In this document: positions 24,296 to 36,788 of the stretch, in pieces
Numbering within the stretch: the stretch's first letter is position 1
How the letters are laid out: every line of letters begins with the position of its first letter
Assembly: GCA_964016885.1 (NCBI GenBank)
Contig: OZ024755.1
Coordinates: forward strand, 1,674,001 to 1,738,000
DNA: 64,000 nucleotides
Reading direction: 5' to 3'
DNA from: Eledone cirrhosa
Taxonomy: Eukaryota
The notes under the pieces: generated by a model
Seen by the model: the letters and a program-made list of their open reading frames with translations, nothing else
The model's database searches: none
What the model was told of the DNA's origin: nothing
Translations under genes and position numbers: made by a program

Positions 24296-25666
24296 TTAGT
24301 AGAAAGTTGAGGAAGTGGAGTCTGAAATATCTTGTTCACTTTCTTCATCCATTTCTTCTGCTGTAACCGTAACTATATTGTCATTTTGCAGTTCTGTTTG
24401 TTCATCATCATATTTCTCTACAATAGTTTTAATTAGCTGACATCTGGGTGCACCACAGTTACAAGGAATACTATGTTGTTCAGGTGTATCGATATCATCA
24501 CCTGTAATGTTGATACTATCGTCTGTTGGAACCTCGTTTTCAATAGCATCGTCAGGCACTTCAATACATATGTTGTAGTGTCTTTTATTGTCGCTATCCT
24601 GCGATAGCGTCAGAGTACAAGGTATCTCATCACCACAATCAACCAGCAATGGTGTAGGTAAAAAAAACACAGTTTGTTTCCAATGAGTTGGTTCTGTAAA
24701 AGGTGAAGTCGACAGAGTCAAGTTCTGGGAAGATTCTTTACTGGTTTTATCCTCAAAGATTACGTCAAACCAACAAGCAAAACCATGAACACTTCCAGCT
24801 TTCTCAAAACTAAATGTAAATGTTTTATAAACTGATTGTATTTCAGTTAATGTAACTGTCTTCAGTTCAATATCAAAGACTGGAAGAGCTGGAGACATTA
24901 TTTGGTCTGGTTTTAATATTTCAATAACGGGATCGCTGAAGTATTTTTTTAGAGACAATGGAATCATCGGTGAAAAGTCAAGTCCATAAACATTCTTCCA
25001 GAAAGAAAAATGTTCAGTGTGATATTCTTTCATAGAAACAGGAGATAAATGTAAATAAGCGTGTGATGGAAGCAAAATACCGTTTGGTGAGAGCCATTTG
25101 TCTCTAGCATAGAGCACAGAGTCCAACATAGATTCATGGAGTAAGTAGAATCCCATCCATTCTGATATGATGACATCAACAGAACTACACTCAAGTTCTG
25201 TGTCTTCAATACGTTTATGAATGACAATTATCTGATTTTCTAAACCATTCTGATAGACAATGTCTTCACAAACCTCAGCAATGTTACTTGCTTCCACAGC
25301 ATACACTTTCCTAGCTCCTGCTTGAGCTGCAAAGCAAGAGAGAATACCTGTACCAGCACCAACATCTAGAACAATCTTATCTTCAAATAAATGTTTATTG
25401 TTTTCAATAAAATGTTTATAAGCCAGAGTTCTTGGCTTGTCTTTAATCATTAATTCATGAACAGAGACATTCATATAACTGTGAAAATAACTTGAGTTGG
25501 ATTCTGAAGTATTATTATTCTCTCTTATATCTTCTGGAAGTGACTGACTCATTGTTGTATCATCTAAACTTGTCTTTCTTGGAGAAGAATTATTCTGTAT
25601 CTTGTGTAGTTCTTTGGAAAGGCTGAAGTCTTTGGTTGATGTCTTCTTAGCTAGCAGAGATTCCAT
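24296..25666 (-). CDS. PRMT6: Type I protein arginine N-methyltransferase, PRMT6-like
   Basis: 456-aa ORF with YFxSY..VSVHExM, motif I VLDVGAGTGILS, post-I VYAVEAS, double-E loop SEWMGFYLLHESML and the THW loop (TSPFTEPTHWKQ). VSVHE and LLHESML resemble PRMT6, but orthology is not proven. A splice acceptor (tttttatag) at 25683 lies 16 nt upstream of the ATG, so an upstream exon is likely. Confidence 0.9.
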   Translation of the reverse strand: MESLLAKKTSTKDFSLSKELHKIQNNSSPRKTSLDDTTMSQSLPEDIRENNNTSESNSSYFHSYMNVSVHELMIKDKPRTLAYKHFIENNKHLFEDKIVLDVGAGTGILSCFAAQAGARKVYAVEASNIAEVCEDIVYQNGLENQIIVIHKRIEDTELECSSVDVIISEWMGFYLLHESMLDSVLYARDKWLSPNGILLPSHAYLHLSPVSMKEYHTEHFSFWKNVYGLDFSPMIPLSLKKYFSDPVIEILKPDQIMSPALPVFDIELKTVTLTEIQSVYKTFTFSFEKAGSVHGFACWFDVIFEDKTSKESSQNLTLSTSPFTEPTHWKQTVFFLPTPLLVDCGDEIPCTLTLSQDSDNKRHYNICIEVPDDAIENEVPTDDSINITGDDIDTPEQHSIPCNCGAPRCQLIKTIVEKYDDEQTELQNDNIVTVTAEEMDEESEQDISDSTSSTFY

Positions 25667-26784
25667 GGGGTCCAGGTCTCCTCTATAAAAATAATGAACA
25701 ATAAAATAAAAGTTTATTTAAAATCACCATTTATAGTGAAATCAATAAAAGATGAACTGAACATAAAAGAACTAGAATTTGTGGTGACTAGGCCCCCGTA
25801 AAGTTGTATTGGTTACAGGTATATATATGCCTTTGTAGTGAATATGATGGACTTTTATGAAGTGCTGAGAGGATAAAGTTAATATAAACAGTAGTGTTCT
25901 CATGTAGAGATGCTATAAAATAGGGTGAAGACCCTTAAAGATGGGAAAAGAAGCCGCAACCGATGGCAACTTCTTTTTCTATCTTTAAGGATCTTCACTC
26001 TAACACATGTGGACACTACTCTATATTAACTGTGTAATATATTTATATTTGATACTCTTCCTGCCTCACAAAATTAGAAATTGTTCCTAAGATCCTAAAG
26101 CCGTGGCATTAGGTAAAATATTTGGAGCAAAAAGGAAGGATTATGTTTTTTAACTCTTATCACTTGGGTTGAGTTTATTTTAGGATTTTTGTAGCTATTT
26201 GGATCTTTATAACTCCCAAATTAATGATAATGATATGTTTATTTAATCAGCAAGAGATATTGACACGATAAACTGTGATATATAATTAAAATTCCTAAAT
26301 ATAACCGTGCTGATACAAATAATAATAATAATATGTCTGAGCAAGAGAAGGTGAGAAGATCTCTGAACTACAATATAGTCCTACTTGGTTACTACTTAAC
26401 ATTTAGTGAAGTTACATTGTTGCTACAGTCAGTTTAGTATTACTTTTACATGCTTCTGTACTACAACCCGAGGCAACGCTGCGAGTGTACTGGCTTGCCT
26501 CGTACTCCTCGCGACGTTGTTGGCTCGGTTGTTCACCCCTTTCTTTAATATTGCAACATTAAAAGAATATATCCACATCATTAACAACAACAGGGGTTCT
26601 AAAACATAGCAAGATATGTGGTTGTTGTGGTGGTCATGGTTAGACCTGTGTAAAGCTGGAATTAAGGACTAAGGCCAGATATGAAATGTAAAACCCAATT
26701 GAAACGGTTCATTAAATATTTTAGTAATCAGTGTTAAATATCTATGACTTATTATTGGTTACAGGTATATATATATAGAGAGAG

Positions 26785-27150
26785 AGAGCATTGGCCTTGT
26801 AATCGAAAGGTTGTGAGTTCAATTCTCAGATCGGGTGATGTGTTGTTTCCTTGAGCAAGACACTTTATTTCACATTGCTCCAGTTTACTCAGCTGTAGAA
26901 ATGAGATGATAGGGACTGGGGTCCATATCATTCCACTGTAGAGTGGTCGTGGAGGTGCCACGGCAAAAAAGCACCCAGCCCACACTGTAAAGTGGACGTG
27001 TAGGCGCCATGGAAAAAAAGCACACAGCACTCACTGTAAAATGAGGTTGGTGTTAGGAAGGGCATCCAGCTGTAGAAATCAAGCCAGAATCAGTTCCCGT
27101 CCCACCCTTGTAAGCAGGGAAAAGTGGACGTAAAATGAAATGATGATGAT
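26785..27150 (+). mobile_element. Composite tRNA-derived SINE, family B (tRNA head, conserved core, RTE-like tail ending in (GAT)n)
   Basis: B box ggttgtgagttcaattc; core gtgttgtttccttgagcaagacacttt; tail ggtgttaggaagggcatccagctgtagaaa...ggacgtaaaatgaaatgatgatgat. Confidence 0.8.
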
Positions 27151-30100
27151 ATATATATACATGTATAAATATATATATATATACATACATTTATATATAT
27201 ACATATATATAGATATAGATATATAGATATATACACTCCAGAAGAGATGATGAAGGAATGGAATGAGTGAAAGGAAGTTGTGTTAGAAAAGACCCATCCA
27301 AGCTATGTTAACATGGAGAAACACGAATAAAAAGATTGATGATGATGATTAAGTACTTAAAATCCCATTTGATTTAGATCATTGAAAGTGAAGTGTTTTA
27401 GTCATTGATAGAATCCAATGGCTGATAAAGATGGAACTATCTGAAGACTCCTCAACTTACTACAATAATGTCAGTCATCATAGTTTAATGTTCATTTTCT
27501 CTCCTTGCATGGATTAGATGAGTTGTTATGTTGTGAGATCGGGAGGCCATGACTTGCTCATAGGGATCTGTATTATGGCTTGGGTTCTATGATTAGATGC
27601 CCTTCCTAACACCAACCACATCACAGTGTGGACTGAGTGCTTTTTGTTGTCATCAGCATGACCACTTTGGCTACCACCTCGTACTACAGCTACCACCTCC
27701 TACTACAGCTACCACCTCCTACTACAGCCATCACCTCCCACCACAGCCATCACCTCCCACCACAGCCATCACCTCCACCACCACCTCTAGATATAGGTCA
27801 TTGTAAGTAGTGCCAGTACTGTGAGTGGTTTGTTGATTTGCTGCAATACTAAATTTAATTCATCCTGTGGGAAAGGTTATATGTGACCTTTCCACCAGAG
27901 GATATGATAACTCTCATATTTAGGGATCCTAGTTATTCTTCTCATTCTTCAGAAAGTCATTGGTTTGTTGTTTTATATTCCCAGAATAGATCCTAATATA
28001 TCTTTGTGTTCAAAATATAAGACAGGTAAATGATGAAGAGTAGAACAGTTCCTAGTTTTAACTCTTTTGATACCAAAATGCCTGAAACAGTTCCTAGTTT
28101 TAACTCTTTTGATACCAAACTGCCTGAAACGGTTCCTCGTTCTTCAATATAAGACGTTATATCTATCTAAAAAGCTTCCATCATAATTCCTGGTTTTAAG
28201 CTGCACTGAGTAGGAAAGAAGAATTCTGTAAGATTGCTTCAACATAATTCTTTCTAGTTCCATAACTTCTGTGAGAAATTCTTAGTTTTTACATCAACAC
28301 GAACAAATTACTATGTTGATGGAATAACCTTACCAACATTCCACTTACGGAAAGAAGCAGGTTTGTTTATAGAAAACGGTTTGATACACTTGATGAAATG
28401 GTGTTCTATTTTAAGCAACACTTATAGATTATTTCACACAGTGTATATATAACACATCAATTAGAATGAATATAGGAGGTATATGTTATGTAAATCACCA
28501 AACCTGTTCAATATAGAATCTAACACTCCTTAGTTAGTTTAACACTTTTCATACCAAACTGTTTGTTTTTAAAGTGCTTATAAGAACCTTCTGTCATAAC
28601 TTTATGTAAAAAACATTTGTTTAGTTATGTTCCAAAACAGAAGACCTATGGCTCAGTGGGTAGATTTGTGAAGATTCTTATTTTACCTTGCCTTAAAATG
28701 AGGGATGGTGTTAGGAAGGGTATCTGGTAGGTGTAGAGTTTTACCTTAAAAAGTCTCAACTAATTCCAGTACAGAGAAACAGATGTAAAAATGTCGACAA
28801 TGATGATGGTAATGAGTGTTAGTTATTGTAGCTACAAAGTTTATTGAAGGAATAACCACACACATACACACATATATAGCACTCCCAACAAAAATTCCAG
28901 ATCCATGACGAAAGCCACAACAGATATAATGATGGTATTTCTGAGTGTTGAGGAAGGAAGTTCAAGCCCAGCCTTCAGCTTATTATTCTTATAAGAATCT
29001 ATCCTACAAAAAGAAACAATTTAAAAGAATGTATGGAAACATTCTCACATTCTATTGACTCACATTTTAATTTTAGTAACTAAATAATCTTAAGAAGAAT
29101 CAGAAAATAAGACAAAATGTTCAGTTTGTGTCAAAGAATGATTTGAAAATTTAGAAAATCTGCTGGAAGCTATTTTATGTAATTGAAACGATGCCAATAA
29201 TTAGCGAGAGGTTTGAATTAATGCCAACATGTCACTCCATAATTGTTTGGTTACAAGTTAAGTGACTTTCTAAAATTAATGATGAGGGGGTGGGGGGATA
29301 CAATTGATTTGTTTATAGCTCAATAATCAATAAGTTAGATGTTTGTTATAGAGAATTGAAAGCCTAATCAAACAGGTACAAGTACAGATAGAGGTACAGG
29401 TATGGTTGTGTGGTTAAGGTGTTAGTATTGTATAGTATAGGTGTAGGTATGGCTGTGTGGTTAAGGTGTTAGTTTTAGTGATGATGATCTGCCAGGTTTA
29501 AAACACTTAAGACACCCTGTGTCACGACAGTGCCCCCCTACAACTCCATCAGAAGTTTAGGGTCCATCGATGGATGAATATATTTTGAATTGGGCGTATT
29601 TTAATTGAAAAAGTTACACCATATATACAAGAAGTCTGTATGTTGTATATTTTGAAGATTTGCTGATACAAGAGTAAAGTAAAATGTTTAGCTGCATAAA
29701 TGATTGCCTGTCTACCCACACACCAGTAAATATATTTCACACTCGAGAGGTTAACAAACTTATAACAAAAACTGTTTCTAATGTAATCTCTGTTTAAACT
29801 ACAACTGTGTTGTTGTTGTTGTTATCTGAACCTGTAAAGTACTATGAAAGGCGGAGGACTGGTAGACTTGTTAGAACTTCAGATAGAATGTTTTGTGCTA
29901 TTTGTTTTGACTCTCTCATCTCTGACTCTTCCCTGCCAAAGTCAACTTTGCCTTTCATTCATTCGAGGTCGATTAAAAATGTACCAGTGTCATACTGGGG
30001 TAGTCAGGAGTTACAGGACTTCAAAGAAAAAGTACTATCAACAAGATATTTCAGTAAAAGATGTTAAAGATGTCAGGTGGTTGTTCAAACAACAGAAATC

Positions 30101-31324
30101 AGTGTGATTTCTAAGTAAAACCAAATATTAATCGTTGGTATCGTGTTGCTAATTTTACTAACAGACCATCAGGAAAGTAAATGTTACCACATATTTCTTC
30201 CTCCTCCTCAATAGCAGTTATATATTCTGGTTTCTTGCCAACTATATCGCCCTACCTACTACAACAGCCAAACCCTGATGGGTCTATGTAAAGAACACCC
30301 ACTGCAAATGCCAATATATATTTTACCTTTCACTCACACATATACAACTTCCCATAGCTTTAGTTACAAAATACAACAAATCTGCCAATTTCTCAAGAGA
30401 AAATCAACCATTTACAATAACATTCCAGCCATCACCTTTAAACACTTCTTAGTTGGCTCTCATTTTCAACCAATTATTTAACCTCTCGTTTCTAGCCAAA
30501 AATATGGAAGCACACAACTGCGTTCTCCATTCCAAAGAAAAAGAAACAAGCTTATCACCCAATTCCATACTAATTACTTTCATCGCTATCATATTTTGAA
30601 GTATTTGGGATTATAAATAACAGTTACTTAAACTTCATGCATTGAATATCACCAATAGGGAATATTTTTCATATATCATCAAACATGGCTGTGTGGTTAA
30701 GATGTTCTCTTCGTAACCATGTGAGTTGTGTTGAATACTATTGCATGATACCTTGAGCAAGTATCTCTACTACTGCCATAGGTTGACCATAGTTTTATGA
30801 GTGGTACCTTGAGCAAGTGTCTCTACCACTGCTGTAGCTTGACCAAAGCTTTGTCAGTAATACCTTGAGCAAGTGTCTCTACCACTGTTGTAGGTTGACC
30901 AAAGCTTTGTCAGGGAAACTAAAAACACAAAGAGACCATTCTGCTTTTAGGTGTTAGACTACATTGTCAGTTTAACTCCACTACTAATAGGTAGAGGTTT
31001 CATTCTAAACTGACCTCTATCTCCTCCTCTTGTGATAATGGAATCTTAAATAAACCTGCTAAACACATCTTCACAATACCCAGGGTATCTCAGGTTTTAT
31101 ACTACCCCCTCCTCCCCAGTATTCCTCTGGAACTCATGCCTTGCCTCTTCCAATAACAATTCTTTACATAAGACTTACATTAGCATATTTCTAATGAAAT
31201 ACACAGCCTATGTGTAGAGGGAGGACGTGTTAAGATCTGTCAAACCCATGCAAGTATGGAAAAAAGAATGTAAAATGATGATGATGATGATATATATACA
31301 AACACACACAGACATATATATATT

Positions 31325-31660
31325 TTTTCATTTCATTTTACGTTCACTTTTCCCTGCTTGCAAGGGTGCGACGGGAACTGATTTTGGCTTGATTTCTACA
31401 GCTGGATGCCCTTCCTAACACCAACCTCATTTACAGTGAGTGCTGGGTGCTTTTTTGCCGTGGTACCTACACGACCACTTTTGCAGTGGAATGATAGGGA
31501 CCCCAGTCCCTATCATCTCATTTCTACAGCTGAGTAAACTGGAACAATGTGAAATAAAGTGTCTTGCTCAAGGAAACAACACATCACTCGGTCTGAGAAT
31601 TGAACTCACAACCTTTCGATTGCAAGGCCAATGCTCTAACCACTAAACCATGTGCCTCCT
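31325..31660 (-). mobile_element. SINE family B, inverted near-identical copy
   Basis: Reverse complement of 26785-27140 with one internal sub-repeat missing. Confidence 0.8.
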
Positions 31661-31679
31661 ATATATATATATATATCAT

Positions 31680-32335
31680 AAATGAACTAAGTGAGAAATT
31701 AGGAATAAGAGGGATCAGATGCTGTTTACTTGAGAGAAGACTACGTTTGTATGCCCACGTGATGAAAGACGACAGCTGTATAAAAAAAGTGCAGGCGATA
31801 AAAATAGACGGTAGCCACGGAGTAGGCAGACCCAGAAAAACCTGAGACGACTTGATTAATTCAGACCTCACACACTTACATCTCTCCAAGACAATGTCAC
31901 TGGACCGAGATCTTTGGCGCTACACAGTAATACAGAAGACCCGTCTTGCCTAAGTACAAAGCGAAACCTACAGTCAGTAGGCACCTCTTAACAAAAATAC
32001 ACCCCGTCCCACTACCCCCACCTCATCCACACCACCCCTTTCGATGTAAAGTTATGTTGGTACCACAACATTCAGTCCTAAACAAAGGTCGTGTAGGTGT
32101 CACGACAAAAAAACACAGTCCACGCTGTAATGTGGCCGTGTAGGTAACACGGTAAAAACCTCCCAGTCCACACTGTAAACGTGGTTGGTGTTAGGAAGGG
32201 CATCCAGCCGTAGAAAACCCGCCAGACAGTCCTATACGAGCAAGACAACCAATCTTGCCTCAAGTGGGAAAATTCCCGTCCAAACCCATGCTAGCGTGGA
32301 AGATGGACGTTAAACGATGATGATGATGATGATGA
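31680..32335 (+). mobile_element. RTE-clade LINE 3' end with its 3' UTR and (GAT)n tail
   Basis: Translates ELSEKLGIRGIRCCLLERRLRLYAHVMKDDSCIKK...GVGRPRKT*DDLINSDL...DRDLWRY, a typical RTE ORF C-terminus with an in-frame stop. The tail is shared with SINE family B. Confidence 0.85.
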
Positions 32336-32849
32336 TATACACATATACATACATGACAGCCTGTCTGACCCATGCAAGCAGGTAAAATAGATGTTAAATG
32401 ATGATGATTTATGTGTATATGGGTGTGAGTCCGTCTATATCTGTCTGTTTATGTTTATATCCTGTAACTTAGTGGTTCAACAAACAGAGATTGATAAAAT
32501 AAGTACCAGACTCTAGAAATATAGCACAGGTGGTGCTGCAGTATGGCCACAGTCTGATGACTGACACCAATGAAAGAATAGATCCATTTAAATTAGTCAA
32601 TATCTCAATATTGATTAAGTCATTGTTATTCTGTCTATTGATATTGGTCAGTGACGGAGGTTTCATGGTTGGCTGGCAGATATTGAAACAATTAAAACTG
32701 TGTATGTATATAAATATATGTGTGTGTGTGTGTGTACAAATATATCTATATAAGTGTGTATGTATATAAATATATATATACATATGTGTGTGTGTATATA
32801 TAAATATATATATATACACGTGTGTGTGTATAATATAAATATATATGTG

Positions 32850-32985
32850 TGGAGGCACGTGGCTTAGTGGTTAGAGCATTGGCCTTGAGCATCCAGCTGT
32901 AGAAATCAAGCCAGAATCAGTTCCCGTCCCACCCTTGCAAGCAGGGGAAAAGTGGACGTAAAATAAAATGATGATGATGATGATA
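32850..32985 (+). mobile_element. Internally deleted SINE family B copy
   Basis: tRNA A-box head gtggcttagtggttagagcattggccttg joined directly to the tail gcatccagctgtagaaatcaagcc. Confidence 0.75.
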
Positions 32986-35032
32986 TATATACATATGTGT
33001 GAGTGTATCTGTATAAATATATATGTATGTGTGTGTGTATGAATTATTGAAAATAAAGAGATCAAGTCTTTATTCAAATAACAATAAACCGATTAGTCAT
33101 AAAAGAAGCTTAGTGTATAGTTGGTCCAAGGGAGATAAACCAGTATATATATTGTATGCAGTAGTACTAGAAACATGAACACCTAGTTCAACATATACAT
33201 ACATTATATATGTGTGTATGTGTAAGTCCCAAACAAGGTGTAAAGCCATTTAGTGTAAGGGGCTATGAAGAAGGAGAAGAATGAATTTATTTTAGAATTG
33301 AAAGAGTTCAGGACATAAGGAATAAGGAGGGGGAAAAGAATGAGATGGAAGAGAGTTCCAAAGTCTGGCAGTTTGAGGTTACAATAGTAGAAAGACTTTC
33401 TCACCTCCTCTCACCTTTCCTGGTGGAAATCTGCTGTGTTTTGACCTGAAAAGGTGTTGGATTCTGCAAAGTTTTAAAAAAGTGCAAGACACGGTCGGTG
33501 TATGTCACTACAGAGTCTCTATGGCTCCATCAGGAATTACAGGTCTACACATAGTAATATATAGTAGTATTTTCATAGGAATTGGTGAGAAGAAGAATAT
33601 TTGTAGAATTCCTTAATCTTAGATGGAATATAGAAAACTGGTTAAGTTAGTAACTCCCAGTGGGTTTTACAAAATAAGGAGACTTTTAATAAACATGTAT
33701 TTTTATATGAAAATATTCTATCTCTATGACAATTTTGTATCATTTAATGACTTATTAAAATTACAGTCAATAAGATTGTTCATAAAAAAGGTTCTGTAAT
33801 TTTAGAAAAAATTGTTTAAGGGTGTCATGAAAAATAAATCAGCTTAGGAATCACTTATGTTGGATGTTGTAACCATGTTTAAACCAAGGGAGGAAATTTA
33901 TGTTATCCTAGTTTGATTGTGTGTGTGTGTAGTTGGTGTGAAGGTTAGGTAGAGTTATTTTATTATTGGAATAATGACATGGAATGTAGGATTATATTCT
34001 CCTTGTGTCCAAATGTTTTATTACTACATATAAGTATTTTAGAGTGATGGGATGTATTTAAACACAAGTCCATTGATGCTAGGAAAGGCATCCAGCCATA
34101 GAAACCAAGCTAAATTACAGATCCTTATGAGCAAGATGTGGTCTCTGGACCTGAATTGTCTCATAACGTGACAACCTAACAGGTGCAGGTGTGGAAAATG
34201 GGCGTTAAACGATGATGATGTTGTTGTTGTTGAATTCTCATTGAGAAGATTTATGAATAAAGGTATTCCATCCATAACCATCCTGCCTTTTGGAGGTCTT
34301 CTTTTTCTTAATCTTCTCCCACTTCCTGGGAAGGTCGTGGGGGCCAGAGTCCTCAAACACTCCTTCCAGCAGGTCCTGTCAAAAGCAACTGATCCGGCTG
34401 GATCCCCAAGTGAGACCAGCCATCTTGCCTGCAGACCCCCCCCCCCATTCTATGTCTGAGAAATAGGCGAAAATCCAAACCCCATTTATAAACCGAGGCA
34501 GCTAAAAGACATTGTTTAGATGGTGTATATAAGCCACCACTCCACCACCCTTTAGCATTGATTTTTGGGTCACATATTCCTTGGCTTATATTTGAGTGTA
34601 TATGGTATGTCCCAAAAGGGATCAAGCAACGGAAGAAGGGGGGAAAGACACTACACCACAATCTGAGCGGTGCCTCGGCCACGGCCTCGCGGAGAAAGGC
34701 CAGAGACACCAGCTGCAGTGGCCACCCCACCTCACGGGGTTCCTTCCTCAAACGGGGCCACCGTCTTTTCAACTGATCATCGACATGAGATGTTGAAATA
34801 ACCGTTATACAAGAGGTGTATGTGTAGGAACATACAAGCTGCCATCCTTCTAAGTAGGTCGTTAACACAGAGATTAAAAGGAAGGGTAAAAAGTAAAGAT
34901 ATATCACACTAACATACAAAAATACTTTCTTGGTGGTCAGTATTGCGTTATAAAAAATATATTTTTGTTAATTAACCAGAGGTGAGAGATGACAAACTAA
35001 AGACTGTTACGGACTAATTATGGCAAGGTCCG

Positions 35033-35266
35033 CTGGCAGTAGATAACGAAAGATATTGAATATATAGCTTGGAGTATATCCACTGGCAGTAGATAAAGAA
35101 AGATATTGGATATATAGCTTGGAGTATATCCACTGGCAGTAGATAAAGAAAGATATTGGATATATAGCTTGGAGTATATCCACTGGCAGTAGATAAAGAA
35201 AGATATTGGATATATAGCTTGGAGTATATCCACTGGCAGTAGATAAAGAAAGATATTGGATATATA
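35033..35266. repeat. 50-bp minisatellite, about 4.7 copies
   Basis: ctggcagtagataaagaaagatattggatatatagcttggagtatatcca. Confidence 0.95.
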
Positions 35267-36720
35267 ATGTTGAGTATTAAGACCAGAACTTGTACTTAAA
35301 GGACACTGTATAAAGATTAATTCTTCGTTTCGTAATAATATACAACATTGGCAAACAACAACGGATAGCAACATGTCAACACACACAAATCCTGCGAATT
35401 AAGGATTCTTTTAAATAAAATTTAATTAACATTCGTTAATGTTATTTTGTATATCAATACAGTTTATCTCTAGAATATTTCTTTCGTTTCATGTAGAATC
35501 TTATTAAAATTAGGGCGAGAAGACCTGTCTATAAAATATAGATATGGGCTCTGTCATTGTGTGAGGGCGGAGGTCGTATAAAGGGTTCCACGCCATAAGT
35601 TTGGGACCCACAATCATAGACTGCGAGTCCTTGACTTACATTTCAAAACGACCTCCAAACCAAACAGACTTTGTAACTAGGGAGTTAATGATGATTAATG
35701 GGCAGGTGTAAACTAGAGCCTAGCATGCCCTGATAAGGTATCCTAGGTGTAGTTATTTACATTTGGGACCAACAATTATCGTTAAATTATAATCAATTTT
35801 ATGTCCCTGAACAAGATTCATAAGACTACTATTAACACTAACAGTAGTGCGATAGAGCGACATCCGTTTATTATTATCACAGCTAATGTTATCAAACGAT
35901 TATGTTAATTAGTAGGTACCAAACACACAGAATTAATTATATCATCTGTTTAATGTTATCGGACGGTTACTGTTATCTAAAAGTCTCCACCCTAAAGTGA
36001 TCACAGACAAACAGTTTTCACTGTAATAGAAAGTGTCAAAGATTAACGAAAAAGAACCGAAATTTGTTTATACTTAGCGGGTGTAGTAATTAGATCCAGT
36101 GGTAATGAAACCACGCGGTGACAGAAAATAAACTCAGTTACCGGAACCTAACGAAAATAATCTGGAAAGAAAATTACAAAAATTATGACATTTTATTTAT
36201 AGAAAATATTTCAGACGAAAAAATTGATATTTAAAGTTAATTATATTCTTCAACTAAAATCTCTCTAATTGATTAATATTTTATATTGTGCTAACATAGC
36301 TACGATATGATATTTACGGTGTAAAAGTTGATTGTACACTGAAGAATTAAATCCCGGGATACATAAAAATGCTTTATTTAAACTTTTACTTTCAAATATA
36401 TTTATAAGTTAAATCTAATTTTTCTTATATAGAGAAAGGTATTATACACTAGAAAACACTTTTGTTTTATAATTATTACTAATTACTGTCAATGGGTAAC
36501 TAATTTATGATAAAATATTAAATTAATTTTAATTTTCCATGTATATGCTAATAAAATATTATGGAATATTTTGTGGGTAGGAAACGATTTTCTTAAATAT
36601 ATTAAATAGAGAAATAGTTAAAATATTTATTACTAATATTATAACTTTAAGAACTGACTTTTTATTTCTTTTTAGATCGGAACGAATATTGCATGTGATA
36701 TTATTTACCTCGACACCTAA

Positions 36721-36788
36721 AACCGCGCGAAAAGTTTCGCGCGAAATAAGTTTGCATTATCTTGCCTCTGCGGTGTATTTAGGTAAGT
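36721..36788 (+). promoter_or_regulatory. MCM6 promoter/first non-coding exon with E2F sites
   Basis: GCGCGAAA at 36725-36732 and palindromic TTTCGCGCGAAA at 36735-36746, followed by a consensus donor AG|GTAAGT at 36783. A plausible acceptor ttttctgccatag ends at 38717, just before the MCM6 ATG. Confidence 0.75.

Noticed and set aside
26790-26835. tRNA gene (A/B-box-like sequences here and at 9595-9650, 32858-32885, 56975-57045)
   Set aside because: No complete cloverleaf; these are heads of tRNA-derived SINEs.
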